Below, one piece after another: positions 26,905 to 37,081 of a stretch of DNA of 64,000 nucleotides (position 1 is the first letter of the stretch; each line of letters opens with the position of its first letter). The DNA comes from Pseudomonadota bacterium (GTDB lineage: Bacteria; Chloroflexota; UBA5177; JAJPKF01). A program made the position numbers and the translations under genes. Below the pieces are notes generated by a model. That model was not told the DNA's origin and did not search any database. It was given only the letters and a program-made list of their open reading frames with translations. The DNA is taken from assembly GCA_021323865.1 (NCBI GenBank), contig JAJPKF010000020.1:257673-321672 (forward strand), read 5' to 3'.

Positions 26905-29802
26905 TCACCATTCGGTTAGCTTCCACACCTCTGGCCTCAGCTCCCCGGACTCCACTCCGATCTCGGCATAAATCGAGACGGCCGCTTTCAGGTGGCCCAT
27001 CGCGTCCTCGCCGTTGCCTAGATCATGTGCCAGATCGGCCAGAAGATTGTGTAAGGCCGCTTCGCGATGCCGGTCTCCGCAGGAGGCGCTGAGATGGAGA
27101 GCTTCGACGGCGAGGCTGCATGAAGTCTCAGCGTCGCCCATTCGTCGTGCCACGAGCGCCAGATTTTGCAGGGAGCGCACCCGCAGCGCCGAATCGTCCA
27201 GTTCACGCGCCAGTTCGAGACTTGCTTGCAGGTGCTTCCTGGCCCTCGCCAGATCACCGACTCCGGCTGCGACGATTCCCACGGTGCCGTTTGCCAGCAC
27301 AGCCGCTCGGCCATCACCGGTTTTCTGGGCCAGATCGAGGGCACGGTGCGCGAGCGGCAGAGCGCGCTTTGCGTCGCCTTGATGGTAAATGGACATGCTC
27401 CAACCCGAATAGATGCCGGCCAGCTCAGATGGACCCAGTTCGGGACCCAGGTCGACAGCCCTCTTGAAGTGCCCTTCGGCGCGCTCATGATCGCCCCATC
27501 GGTCCTGCGCGGCGCCCAGCTTGGACTCCAGCCGGGCATTCGTGCCTCCGTTCACTTCCAGCGCGCTTTCGTATGACAACACCGCAGTCTGGTACTCGCC
27601 AAGCGTAAGCCGGAGATCTCCGATAGATTCCCAGAGGTGGGCCGGGTCCGAATGCCCAAGATCCAATGCTGCACGAAAGTGTTCGATGGCGTCCGCGGCG
27701 GCGAACAGGCTCGCGGATCGCTCGCCGGCCTTGGCGTGCCACAGGGCAGCTTCCGCGTCCGAGCCACCCGCACGATAATGCCGTGCGATTTCGCCCGCGG
27801 AGGCCGACAGCTGCGCAGAGGAGTTCAGTTGTGCGAGTGCGTCGGCCGTACGTCGGTGTAACAGACGAAGCCGCGGAGCACTCGCCGATTCCAGAACGAC
27901 GGATCTCTGCTTGTCGTGGCTAAAGTCGTAGATAACGTCCCCATCCGGTTCAGACGGAGAGCGATCCACCAAACCGCGGCTGACGAGCTCCTCCAGTGCT
28001 CTGATGGTCATCTCCTCGTCGCGTCCTGCCGCCTGTTGCAGGGTCGCGAACTGGAAGGAATGACCGATGACGGCTGCCGTGGTGAGTACCTGCCGGGCCC
28101 CCTCACTCACGCGAGTCACCCGCGAAATCAGAACATCCCGCACGCTCTGGGGGATGGTAGCCAGCTCCCCCTCCGCTAGCTCAGCGAGATACTCACTGAC
28201 AAAGAGGGGAACGCCTTCACTCTCTTCGAAGAGGCGGTCGGGTAGATCGGCCCGGTCAGCCTGCTCTTTGGAAGCAACTGACTGGACGATTTGCCTGATT
28301 TCATTTGACTTAAGACGCCCTGGCCGGACCTCGGTAAGATTTCCCAGACGTCGGGCACTCACGGTTATCTGTCGCAGTGGCTCCGCTGCCGCGGGTTCCT
28401 CCTCTCTCCACGCCAGCGCGACGAGGAGTCTCTGCCGGTCGATCCGCCGGAGGAGGTAGGCAAGCCAGGCCAGTGTCGAGTCGTCAATCCAGTGCAGGTC
28501 GTCAACCATGAGCAGCAGGGGCTTGTCCAGCGCGCACGCCAGGATCGCCGACGTCACGGACTCGAGGAAGCGGGTCTCGGCCGCCAGTCGCTCCATGCGA
28601 TCGCCTTGCGTCCGGATCTCCGGGTCCTCAACGTCCTCGTCCATAGCCACGAGGCGGCCGAGCTCTCTGCGATTGCTGACGGAAAGGGGCGAGGCGACGC
28701 TCGAGTGATGCAACTGCGGCAGGGCCACTCGAAGGAGCTGGATTAGCGGCGCGTACGGCAGATCTGATTCGCCTTCATAACATCGTGCCGCCAGGACTCG
28801 AAATCCGCGCACCCGAGCCCGTTCCTCCAGCTCCTCCAGGAGCCGGGTCTTTCCGATGCCCGCCTCTCCCTTTACGACCACGACATGTGCCGCCTCTGTG
28901 GCATGATCCAGCGCTTTGCTGAGGCGATCGACCTCGGCCGCTCGTCCCGTGAGTGGAAGCCGGCCCGCTGCCGGACTTCTAATGGGACTCGGCCCGACGA
29001 TGGCCGATTCAGGACGAGCGGTACGGCCCTCGCGAATCGCGGCATATAGGGACTCCGTCTCCTCCACTGGTGGGACCGCCAGCTCTTCCTCGAGGATGCG
29101 GAGACATTCGCGATACTGGCGGATCGCCGCGGCACGGTCTCCCTTCTGGGCATAGGTCGACATAAGGAGCCGGTGCGACGACTCGTCGAGTGGGTCAAGG
29201 TCGACGAGTCGCCGTGCCATGGCGATTGCCTGCTCTAGCTCATTCGCAGCGGCGAGCCCTTGGGCGGAGGCACCGAGTGCCCACGCGAGCTCTCGGCGAT
29301 ATGCATCTGTCTGCGTTGTCTGCCAGGCATCGAAGTCTGAGCCCGCGTGTGCTGAGAACCCCGTCAGGAAGTCGCCGCTGTAGGCCGAAATCGCCTCGAG
29401 AAGGAGGCGGACGGACCGCGAACCTGGAGGCAGGGCGCCATCCATGTGTTCCCGAGCGCTTTTCAGCAAGCTTCGAAACAGTACGACGTCGAGAGCCAGG
29501 TGCTCAAGGTCGAGACGGAGCGATTGACTCTCGGTGACGATGGCGGACGAGCCAATCGCGCCTCGAAGCGTGGAGAGCGTTCGACGCAGAGATGACCTGG
29601 CGGAAGCGGCGTCCGCCTCAGGCCAAAGCATAGCCACCAGCTCATACCGAGATCGGGGCTTATCCGAGGCCGCCAGCAGCGCCAGCAGCGCAATCGCCTT
29701 CCGGGTATCGACCTCTACCCGAAAGCCGCCGCGCTCGATTCTGGGAGGGCCGAAGAGCGTCACCGAGATGGCCGGCACTCGATGTGTCCCGCCATCTTGC
29801 AT
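26905..29802 (-). CDS. AfsR/SARP-family large regulator: N-terminal OmpR-like winged-helix + BTAD, central NB-ARC/AAA ATPase, C-terminal TPR repeats
   Basis: N-terminus VTLFGPPRIERGGFRVEVDTRKAIALLALLAASDKPRSRYELVAMLWPEADAASARSSLRRTLSTLR (SARP DNA-binding) with BTAD helices (DFDAWQTTQTDAYRRELAWAL...RLVDLDPLDESSHRLLMSTYAQKGDRAAAIRQYRECLRILEEELAVPP). P-loop VVVKGEAGIGKTRLLEELEE and hhhDDLHWID. C-terminal repeated TPR-like helices (AKAGERSASLFAAADAIEHFRAALDLG...). Confidence 0.85.
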   Translation of the reverse strand: MQDGGTHRVPAISVTLFGPPRIERGGFRVEVDTRKAIALLALLAASDKPRSRYELVAMLWPEADAASARSSLRRTLSTLRGAIGSSAIVTESQSLRLDLEHLALDVVLFRSLLKSAREHMDGALPPGSRSVRLLLEAISAYSGDFLTGFSAHAGSDFDAWQTTQTDAYRRELAWALGASAQGLAAANELEQAIAMARRLVDLDPLDESSHRLLMSTYAQKGDRAAAIRQYRECLRILEEELAVPPVEETESLYAAIREGRTARPESAIVGPSPIRSPAAGRLPLTGRAAEVDRLSKALDHATEAAHVVVVKGEAGIGKTRLLEELEERARVRGFRVLAARCYEGESDLPYAPLIQLLRVALPQLHHSSVASPLSVSNRRELGRLVAMDEDVEDPEIRTQGDRMERLAAETRFLESVTSAILACALDKPLLLMVDDLHWIDDSTLAWLAYLLRRIDRQRLLVALAWREEEPAAAEPLRQITVSARRLGNLTEVRPGRLKSNEIRQIVQSVASKEQADRADLPDRLFEESEGVPLFVSEYLAELAEGELATIPQSVRDVLISRVTRVSEGARQVLTTAAVIGHSFQFATLQQAAGRDEEMTIRALEELVSRGLVDRSPSEPDGDVIYDFSHDKQRSVVLESASAPRLRLLHRRTADALAQLNSSAQLSASAGEIARHYRAGGSDAEAALWHAKAGERSASLFAAADAIEHFRAALDLGHSDPAHLWESIGDLRLTLGEYQTAVLSYESALEVNGGTNARLESKLGAAQDRWGDHERAEGHFKRAVDLGPELGPSELAGIYSGWSMSIYHQGDAKRALPLAHRALDLAQKTGDGRAAVLANGTVGIVAAGVGDLARARKHLQASLELARELDDSALRVRSLQNLALVARRMGDAETSCSLAVEALHLSASCGDRHREAALHNLLADLAHDLGNGEDAMGHLKAAVSIYAEIGVESGELRPEVWKLTEW

Positions 29803-30178
29803 TCCAGATTGTATTGAAGCGTCGATGGTTTGGGCGAGTTGGCAAGGCTCAGCCTTCCAAAGCTGGCCCGGAGTTGATCTCAGCGGACAGTGCCGCGCCG
29901 TCTCGCTTCTAGGCCGACTGTACTCTCATTGCCCGCTCCTGCCTGGGCCCACTTCTGAGCCTCTCTTCTGACCTTTGCCGCGATGCGTCCGGCGGTCGGA
30001 GCTATTCCGAGTCGGTTTTCTCCCGCTGCGCACAGATACACCGAGATCTGCAACGTGGCATGTACGAAAAGAACCGAATTGATATGACGGATTGGCGCTT
30101 CATCGGGAGGCAGTCATAAAGGCCGGCCAGGTCGAGGTCCGCAGGCGACTTGGACCGCTGGTAGGAGCGGTGAGGAAG

Positions 30179-30697
30179 TCACCGCGGGCCCAACCCGGTG
30201 CGCCCGTCGATCAGCTCTCGCGCGATGTCCAGATGGCCGGCATGCCGGGCGGTCTCTTCGATCATGTGCAGCACAACCCAGCGCACATCGGGCGGTTCCT
30301 CCATCTCCGGGTCGCCATGCCTTCCCAGCGGCTTGGACGACATCGGTGTCGCCGACAGCACTGCATCAGACCGGGCGCATTGGTCCCGGTAGAACGCGAC
30401 GATGTCCGCCGACGGCAGCTCGGAGACAAACGCCGCCGTCGGGTCATAGGGTGTCATATCCGCGTCGGGCGGTGGCGCCGGGCGAATGCCTGCCACGACG
30501 CCCTGAAACCAGTGCCACTCTGCGCCGCCGAGATGTTCGACCAATCCAGCCGGCGTCCAACCGGAAGGCACCACCGACTGGTGCCAGCCCTCTTCGTCCA
30601 GACCATCCACGATGGAAAGCACCGCGCCTCGCTGGGCCTGCAGAAAGGCCAACAGCGCACCATCATTTTGTTCTTGGGAATCGTCGGTCATAGTCAT
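30179..30697 (-). CDS. DinB_2/DUF664-like protein (start at ATG 30697 after GGGAGG; ORF-track start 30859 is too long)
   Basis: MTMTDDSQEQNDGALLAFLQAQRGAVLSIVDGLDEEGWHQ...VVLHMIEETARHAGHLDIARELIDGR; paralog of 442-1077. Confidence 0.65.
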   Translation of the reverse strand: MTMTDDSQEQNDGALLAFLQAQRGAVLSIVDGLDEEGWHQSVVPSGWTPAGLVEHLGGAEWHWFQGVVAGIRPAPPPDADMTPYDPTAAFVSELPSADIVAFYRDQCARSDAVLSATPMSSKPLGRHGDPEMEEPPDVRWVVLHMIEETARHAGHLDIARELIDGRTGLGPR

Positions 30698-30895
30698 GGC
30701 CTCCCTTTCATCGAATACTCCATGGGACCGGGGCCAGCGAAATTGCCAGGACATGCGGCGGGTATGGTGGAAGCGTAGCACGACCAACCACGAGCGGACA
30801 CTCCCATTCCGCAAAGGATCCCGTTGTGTGGACGGCACCGAAGAGCCACCCCGGATCAACCTGGCTGGGCATCCTGAGAGAGCGCGACAAGTTTG

Positions 30896-31675
30896 CTACC
30901 CACCAGTTCCGACGTCGCCACGTTCGTACTCGTCGTGACGGCGCCACCAGAAGTCGGCCTCGTTCCGTCCCAATGGCGCCCGGTCGAGCCATTGATAACC
31001 GCCCCAGAGGGCATCGAGGCCTCGAGCGTATGCAGAGTAGGTATGATAAACCTCCCCGTTGTCGAGGGCGAAGGCGCTCATGCCAGGCATCTGTCGGGAG
31101 TAGGTGGCCCAGTCGGTGCCCACGGGAGAGGCATTTGGGCCGTCCTCGACGTTTGGGTCCGGCCGCAAGTCCACCGTTCGGAAGTTGTATTCGACGGCGC
31201 CGCTCTGCTGCTGCTCTTGCGTGATGGCGGCCTGAAAGTCGAAGTTGAAGTCTGTGTTGAATGATGAGGCCCATGGAAATGTCCAGCCCATTCGTCGCTT
31301 GAAGGCCTGGAGCCTGGCCAGGGGGGCGCGAGACACGGCCCACAGCATGACGTCATGGTTGGCCAGATGGATCACAAAGCCATTGAAGCCGTCGGCAATG
31401 GCCGAGCAGGCGGGACAGCCCGCCTGATACTCGGGTCCGAACATAAAGTGGTACACGAGGAGCTGTGACCGTCCCCTGAAGAGATCGGCGAGTGAGGCTC
31501 GGCCCTCGTCCGTGTCGAACTGGTATTCCTTGTCCATCCGTACCCAAGGCAGGCGACGGCGCTGCTCCGCGACCTCGTCGCCCTGACGGGTCAATGCCTT
31601 CTCGGCCTCGAGCAGCTGCATGCGAGCTGTGCGCCACTCCTCACGAGTCGCGACGTGGTGTTCAGGCATGGTCAT
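30896..31675 (-). CDS. DUF899-like thioredoxin-fold protein
   Basis: ATREEWRTARMQLLEAEKALTRQGDEVAEQRRRLPWV...LADLFRGRSQLLVYHFMFGPEYQAGCPACSAIADGF matches the DUF899 pattern with the CxxC-like GCPAC. Confidence 0.65.
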   Translation of the reverse strand: MTMPEHHVATREEWRTARMQLLEAEKALTRQGDEVAEQRRRLPWVRMDKEYQFDTDEGRASLADLFRGRSQLLVYHFMFGPEYQAGCPACSAIADGFNGFVIHLANHDVMLWAVSRAPLARLQAFKRRMGWTFPWASSFNTDFNFDFQAAITQEQQQSGAVEYNFRTVDLRPDPNVEDGPNASPVGTDWATYSRQMPGMSAFALDNGEVYHTYSAYARGLDALWGGYQWLDRAPLGRNEADFWWRRHDEYERGDVGTGG

Positions 31676-31945
31676 CTCCTTCCCGGTTGCTGTTCAGTGA
31701 GTTCGATGGGACCGTCGGCGAGGCAGCGAGCCTTGAGGTCTCGTCTCCAAGACGTCAGAGCCCCTTCTCCAGTGTGGCGAAGACAAAGGCGAGAACGTCC
31801 AGCAATCGACCCGGAGTCCTTCCTCCCGCCCGGCTGTGACCTCGGCCGCCCGATTCGAAAAGGTCTGAAGACGGCGAGGAAGAGCGAAATCCTTGGCGGC
31901 TGACGGGGTATGGTCTGAGGGAAGGCTCCAAACGGGAGGTGGCCG

Positions 31946-32518
31946 GTGGTCCCGCACGAGTACCACGACTTTCTAATCGGTAGCTCTCAGGCAAGCGCGG
32001 CGCTGATCGGGTTGCTCTTTGTGGCCGTCTCCCTTGCTCCGGACCGCGTGTTCGGCGCGGAGGCGTCGGCTCGCCACCGGGCGCAGGCCTTGAGCGCCTT
32101 TACGGCGCTCGCGAACGCGTTTTTTACCTCCATGGCCGGTCTGATTCCCGACGTGAACATGGGCGCCGTCGCCATCGTTGCCGCCGCCGTTTCTCTCGTC
32201 CAGACGGCCTCGCTCCTGTTTCTCTGGCCTCGATGGAGGGAACAGGCGCGGCTGGGCCGGGCCGTCTTCCTGCTGCTCGTGAGCGCGGGCGTATACGCGG
32301 CAGAGCTTTACGCCGGGGTCAAGTATCTGGGAAAGGTGACCGACGAGGGGCCCATCCCCGTCTTGTTCATGTGCGTGCTGGTCATGTTCTTTGTGGGCCT
32401 GTCGCGCGCTTGGGAGCTGATGGGGGCCGCGGATAACGCGGGGCTCATCATGCAGATTCGCCGCCGCCTGGCACCTGACCGTGACCGCATGGAGCGGACC
32501 GAGGGACAGGGAACGTGA
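31946..32518 (+). CDS. Hypothetical integral membrane protein (5 helices)
   Basis: AALIGLLFVAVSLAP; ALANAFFTSMAGLIP; AIVAAAVSLVQTASLLFLW; VFLLLVSAGVYAAELYAGV; PVLFMCVLVMFFVGL. Confidence 0.5.
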   Translation: MVPHEYHDFLIGSSQASAALIGLLFVAVSLAPDRVFGAEASARHRAQALSAFTALANAFFTSMAGLIPDVNMGAVAIVAAAVSLVQTASLLFLWPRWREQARLGRAVFLLLVSAGVYAAELYAGVKYLGKVTDEGPIPVLFMCVLVMFFVGLSRAWELMGAADNAGLIMQIRRRLAPDRDRMERTEGQGT

Positions 32519-32633
32519 GTGGAGAACGCGGGACTCGTCGCCGGCACAGTTGGGACAGAACGCCTGATATCGTGACTCGCATGACAACACGGCGAAGCGG
32601 AATGGCTCAGCAGCGAGCGGCGAGAGACACCAT

Positions 32634-33602
32634 TTGTCGAGAGCCTCCATGATTGAGACCGACGATCTAGCCTCCTCAGCAAATCGTCCTTCCATCACCC
32701 CTGCTATCTCGACAAGCGGACTTTCCAAGCGCTTTGGGAATCGCTCGGCGGTCAGGGACCTCACCATCGAAGTGCCGTCGGGGCGGGTCGTGGGATTCGT
32801 CGGTCCCAACGGGTCGGGAAAGACGACGACCATTCGGATGATGCTGGGGCTGATCCGTCCATCCTCGGGGACCGCTCGGGTGCTGGGAGAGTCAATCGCG
32901 GACCCCCCTCGATATCTGAGCCGCGTGGGTGCCCTCATCGAGACGCCCGCCTTCTACCCCACACTCTCCGGCGTGGGGAATCTCCGAGTGCTGGCCACGC
33001 TGGGCGGCATTGGCTACGGGCAAATCTCGCATCTCCTCGACGTCGTCGGTCTTTCGGGCCGTGAGCGCGACATGGTGGGCAGCTATTCGTTGGGGATGAA
33101 GCAGCGCCTGGGCGTTGCCGTGGCCCTGCTTCCGGATCCGGAGCTCCTCATCCTGGACGAGCCGGCCAACGGGCTCGATCCGGAAGGCATCATCGAGATG
33201 CGGGAGCTGCTGCGTCGTCTGCGTGACGAGGGGAAGACGCTCTTCGTCAGCAGTCATCTGCTTGGCGAGCTGGAGCAGGTGGCCGACTGGCTGGTGATGA
33301 TCAAGAGTGGCGAGGCCCTCTATGCCGGTCCCACCAGTGAGCTGCGCTCACATGAGACCAGCGGCTTCGTTCTCGGAGCCGCCGTTGAGCAGCTCCCCGC
33401 CCTGGAGTCCCTCATGGAGGGTATGGGCTTCGAATGCCGTGTCGAGGGCGACTCGGTCCGGGTTACGGCACCGCCCGAAGCCGCAGCTCTCATCAACGAA
33501 CAGTCCATGCGGGGGGGGATCACGCTGACGGAGATCCGTCCTATCCGCCCAACCTTGGAGCAAACGTTTCTTGACATGATTTCCGGAGATGGCGATGCTT
33601 GA
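32634..33602 (+). CDS. ABC transporter ATP-binding protein (ABC-2/DrrA-like)
   Basis: Walker A GPNGSGKTT, Q-loop, signature YSLGMKQRLGVAVAL, Walker B LILDEPANGLDP, H-loop SSHLL. Confidence 0.85.
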   Translation: MSRASMIETDDLASSANRPSITPAISTSGLSKRFGNRSAVRDLTIEVPSGRVVGFVGPNGSGKTTTIRMMLGLIRPSSGTARVLGESIADPPRYLSRVGALIETPAFYPTLSGVGNLRVLATLGGIGYGQISHLLDVVGLSGRERDMVGSYSLGMKQRLGVAVALLPDPELLILDEPANGLDPEGIIEMRELLRRLRDEGKTLFVSSHLLGELEQVADWLVMIKSGEALYAGPTSELRSHETSGFVLGAAVEQLPALESLMEGMGFECRVEGDSVRVTAPPEAAALINEQSMRGGITLTEIRPIRPTLEQTFLDMISGDGDA

Positions 33603-34407
33603 GGCGTTCCGGAGCGAATGGATCAAGAACCGGCGGCGCTCCATGCTGATCGGGGCCGGTCTGATGCCGCTACTGACCATCATCTTCGTGCCGCTCGGCA
33701 TCAGACGCGCACTGAGTGGTGGTGGCGGCGGCCGGTTCGCCGGACCGGGAGACCTGACGAAGCTGGTTCTGGAAGGGGACAAGGGTCTCACCACTCTTCT
33801 CAGCCGCGGCGGGACGCTGTCGGCGGTCATTGCGCTGGCCATCGTAGCGTCGTCGATGGCGGTCGAGTACCCTCACGGAACGCTGCGGAACCTGCTCGTC
33901 CGTCAGCCGCGCCGCATTCAGCTGCTGTCGGGCAAGTTCCTCAGTCTTCTGACGTTCGTGTTTATCGCCGGCACACTATCGCTGGGGCTCGGGGTGCTCA
34001 CGGCCTTACTGGTGGCGCCTGGACAGGGCGTCGACACGGCCGCGTGGACCAGCTCTACGGGAGTCTCGAACCTCGTGACTCTGTATTGGGAGCTGCTCGT
34101 CACGATCCTCGGGTACTCGGTTCTGGGCTACTTCAGCGCTGTACTCTTCCGGTCTCCCGCCGCGGCCGTTGCGGTGCCGCTGGTATACATCATCATTCTC
34201 GAGAACCTAATCGGTGCCGTCTGGACCGATGCGCCGAACTGGCTGTACGGCAAACTGCTGGGCGGGGTCATCAACGGTGAGTCGGTGCTACGGAGTGACA
34301 CTGCAGTCGCCGGCTTGAGCCGAGGGCTGACGCTCAGCATCATCTACATGGCCGGCATGGGCATGGTGAGCGCGCTCATCTTCCGCTTCCGCGACGTCAC
34401 CTCGTAG
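33589..34407 (+). CDS. ABC-2 type transporter permease
   Basis: Overlaps the ATPase stop. Six hydrophobic helices (LIGAGLMPLLTIIFVPLGI ... LTLSIIYMAGMGMVSALIF). Confidence 0.75.
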   Translation: MAMLEAFRSEWIKNRRRSMLIGAGLMPLLTIIFVPLGIRRALSGGGGGRFAGPGDLTKLVLEGDKGLTTLLSRGGTLSAVIALAIVASSMAVEYPHGTLRNLLVRQPRRIQLLSGKFLSLLTFVFIAGTLSLGLGVLTALLVAPGQGVDTAAWTSSTGVSNLVTLYWELLVTILGYSVLGYFSAVLFRSPAAAVAVPLVYIIILENLIGAVWTDAPNWLYGKLLGGVINGESVLRSDTAVAGLSRGLTLSIIYMAGMGMVSALIFRFRDVTS

Positions 34408-34412
34408 GCGCG

Positions 34413-35108
34413 TCAGGTCGCTGGCCCGCCCTCTCTCATTCGTTCGATACCGTCGAGTATCAGGTCGAGGCCGAAGGCGAACTCCTCGTTGCCCGTCGGG
34501 GCATTGGAGGCCAGGTGCTGCCGTCCGTGTTCGACGGTGTAGGGAAACTCCTCGTCGGAAATCTGCCGGAACAGCATCGGGATGGCCTTTCGGATCTCGG
34601 CAGCGTGACGGGAAATGCTAACCTGCCAGAGCGTGAAGCCCATGATGTGGCTCTCAATGGCGTGATAGGCGTGATGGGTCAGCTCGGGGGAGAAGCCTGC
34701 GCTCCGAAGCGTGCGCAGGAGACCTTCCATGTAGGTGAGTCGTGCCCTCCGGATCCGGGACGGCCCAGTCGACAACATCAGTGCGCACGCCCAGCGATGC
34801 CGGATCATCGCATCGTGAGCGGAGATGGCGAACCGGCGAACGTCACTTTTCCACTCGCCGTTCCCGTCCGGTACTTCGATCTCGGCATCAACCAGGTCGA
34901 GCAGGCCATAGATCAGGTCTTCTTTGTTGGCGACATGACGGTAGAGAGACATGGCCTCGACGCCGAGAGCGTGACCGAGCTTGCGCATGCTGACTGACTC
35001 GATACCCCCGGCGTCGGCCAGCTCCATGGCGGCTTCGAGGACGCGCTCCCGACTGAGCGGACGTCGACGTCCGGCCTCGGGGCTGGAGCCAACCGGCCTC
35101 GCAGTCAT
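34413..35108 (-). CDS. TetR-family transcriptional regulator
   Basis: RERVLEAAMELADAGGIESVSMRKLGHALGVEAMSLYRHVANKEDL is the TetR N-terminal HTH. Confidence 0.8.
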   Translation of the reverse strand: MTARPVGSSPEAGRRRPLSRERVLEAAMELADAGGIESVSMRKLGHALGVEAMSLYRHVANKEDLIYGLLDLVDAEIEVPDGNGEWKSDVRRFAISAHDAMIRHRWACALMLSTGPSRIRRARLTYMEGLLRTLRSAGFSPELTHHAYHAIESHIMGFTLWQVSISRHAAEIRKAIPMLFRQISDEEFPYTVEHGRQHLASNAPTGNEEFAFGLDLILDGIERMREGGPAT

Positions 35109-35206
35109 ACCGGGAACCGTTGGATGCGATTCGGTCTCAACGGTGCAATGTCGTTCTGCCCGGCCGTGGCAACTGGTTCTTTCTCACGCTTCGGTCCACG
35201 AGTGCC

Positions 35207-36247
35207 TCAGCTCGTGGTGATGACGATCTTGGCCTTCGCATGCCCGGTCGCCAGGTAGCGGAAGGCCTCGGCCGTTTGATCGAGTGGAAACGTGCGGTCG
35301 ATGCAGGGCATCAGCTTTCCTTCGTCGACGAGCTTGGCCAGGGTTGCGAGGTCCTCCGGGTTGAACTGAGCGATGAAGAAGGCGATCCGTCCCTTGATGA
35401 ACCGTCGGACCATCATGGACCATCCGATCTTACTGAGCGCGCGAAGCATGTTCTTGCCATGCCCGTCCTGATGTCCTCCTCCGGCGAGCACGAGCGTGCC
35501 GTTGGGCGTCAGCACCCGCCGAAGATCTCGAAGGGAGCGGTTCCCGACCACGTCAAACACCAGGTCGTATCGCTCCCCACTTTGTGCGAAGTCCTCTCGG
35601 GTGTAGTCGAATACCCGATCGGCGCCGAGAGAGCGCACCAGTTCGCCATTTCCGGGGCCGCACACGGCGGTCACCTCACCGCCGAGCGCCTTGGCGATCT
35701 GAACCGCGAAGGTGCCGACACCCCCGGCAGCGCCGTTGATGAGAACCCGACTGCCGGGCTGGAGCCGGCCCTTGTCGCGCAGCCCTTGGAGCGCCGTCAG
35801 GCCGGCGATGGGTATGGCCGCCGCCTGTTCGAACGTGAGCCGAGCGGGTTTGCGGGCCAGTACCTTGGCGGACGCGAAGCCGGCCAGGGAGCCGCGCGCT
35901 CCTCCGAACACCTCGTCTCCGACGCGGAAGCCGGATGCCGCGCTGCCGACCCGGACGACGACCCCTGCGACGTCCGATCCCGGGGCGGGGTTGGACGGTT
36001 TCTTGAAGCCGCTGAGGGCTCGCGTCACCAGAGATCCACCCAACATATGGAGGTCAGCGGGATTGATCGATGCGGCGCGCACTTCCACCAGAAATCGATC
36101 CGGTTCCAGATCCGGAAGCGCAACGTCGACCGGCTTCCAGGCAGCGCTCCCATATCCCTCGAAGGGCATGGCGCGCATGGTGGCCGGCAGCTCCTGGGCG
36201 GTGCGATCGTCGTTCCTGGTCGCCGGCTCTGTCGAGGGGATGTTCAT
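35207..36247 (-). CDS. Zinc-independent MDR-superfamily NADPH:quinone oxidoreductase (Qor-like); start at ATG 36247 after GGAGAC
   Basis: FLVEVRAASINPADLHMLGG..., GxGxxG-like Rossmann VLINGAAGGVGTFAVQIAKALGGEVTAVCG, and C-terminal GKLMPCIDRTFPLDQTAEAFRYLATGHAKAKIVI. Confidence 0.8.
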   Translation of the reverse strand: MNIPSTEPATRNDDRTAQELPATMRAMPFEGYGSAAWKPVDVALPDLEPDRFLVEVRAASINPADLHMLGGSLVTRALSGFKKPSNPAPGSDVAGVVVRVGSAASGFRVGDEVFGGARGSLAGFASAKVLARKPARLTFEQAAAIPIAGLTALQGLRDKGRLQPGSRVLINGAAGGVGTFAVQIAKALGGEVTAVCGPGNGELVRSLGADRVFDYTREDFAQSGERYDLVFDVVGNRSLRDLRRVLTPNGTLVLAGGGHQDGHGKNMLRALSKIGWSMMVRRFIKGRIAFFIAQFNPEDLATLAKLVDEGKLMPCIDRTFPLDQTAEAFRYLATGHAKAKIVITTS

Positions 36248-36488
36248 CACTGTGTCTCCTTGCTTATAATTCCAGGCAGTGCTTACAAAGTAAGCATACA
36301 TCGTAAGCTGGACTCTTTGTGGCCGCTGCGTGCGACTGTGATGAGGATCACATCGACCGGCTCAGGACATGAGGCCGTGAGAGGCTACCCGAGCCGCGAA
36401 GTCCTGCGCACTGATGCCTTGGCAGGGTTAGGAAGTGTTGGAATCGGGAATTGACCTGGGAGACGTGTGAATCCCTTCGCGCAAGAGC

Positions 36489-36977
36489 TCAGTAAGGTCG
36501 CCCAGGGCCACGAAACCGACGTTCCAGATAGGGGACAAAGTGCCCGGCATAACGCTCCTGCAGGTCAGGCCGCTTCCAATCCCATCCGGTAACCACACCT
36601 CGGCAGGCTGCGGAGCCGCACACGCATTGCATGGTCCATGCGGCGTCGTCGCTCAGAAGCCCGTAGTCAATTGTCAGCTCCTCGCCGGGGCCGATCGTGC
36701 GTCTCGCAGAGATGGAGGTAGCGTCCGCCATCCAGAGGTTCGAGTCACAGGAATGATTCCCGCGAACCACAGGGTCGTCGAGCGCAAACAGGATGATCTC
36801 GTCCTCGGAAATCGCGGCGCAGTCATAGCGAGCCAGCCTTTTCAGCCCCTCAAGTCGACTCTTGGGAACGATCTCACCGCCCCAGCGAATCAGCAGCTCT
36901 CCCTTCGCGACCGCCGCCGTAGCACGGAGGCCAAGTCCATGAATGTCCGACGGAGCGACGGCGATTCGCCCATCCAT
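36489..36977 (-). CDS. SET-domain protein (putative protein-lysine methyltransferase)
   Basis: GLGLRATAAVAKGELLIRWGGEIV...RGNHSCDSNLWMADATSISARRTIGPGEELTIDYG...CVCGSAACRG has the SET core (NHSCxPN-like, ELTxDY) plus a cysteine post-SET. Confidence 0.7.
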   Translation of the reverse strand: MDGRIAVAPSDIHGLGLRATAAVAKGELLIRWGGEIVPKSRLEGLKRLARYDCAAISEDEIILFALDDPVVRGNHSCDSNLWMADATSISARRTIGPGEELTIDYGLLSDDAAWTMQCVCGSAACRGVVTGWDWKRPDLQERYAGHFVPYLERRFRGPGRPY

Positions 36978-37081
36978 CCACGACCTTCGCCGGACAGTCG
37001 CATTACCGAGCAGCCATGTCCGGGTGGCACCGTGACGTTACTCTGAGGGACATGTCTTGAGCCGGCACGCGTCCCCTCGGC

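Noticed and set aside
35120-36454. 444-aa plus-strand ORF
   Set aside because: Antisense to the quinone oxidoreductase, which has a clear Rossmann motif and an RBS-ATG start.
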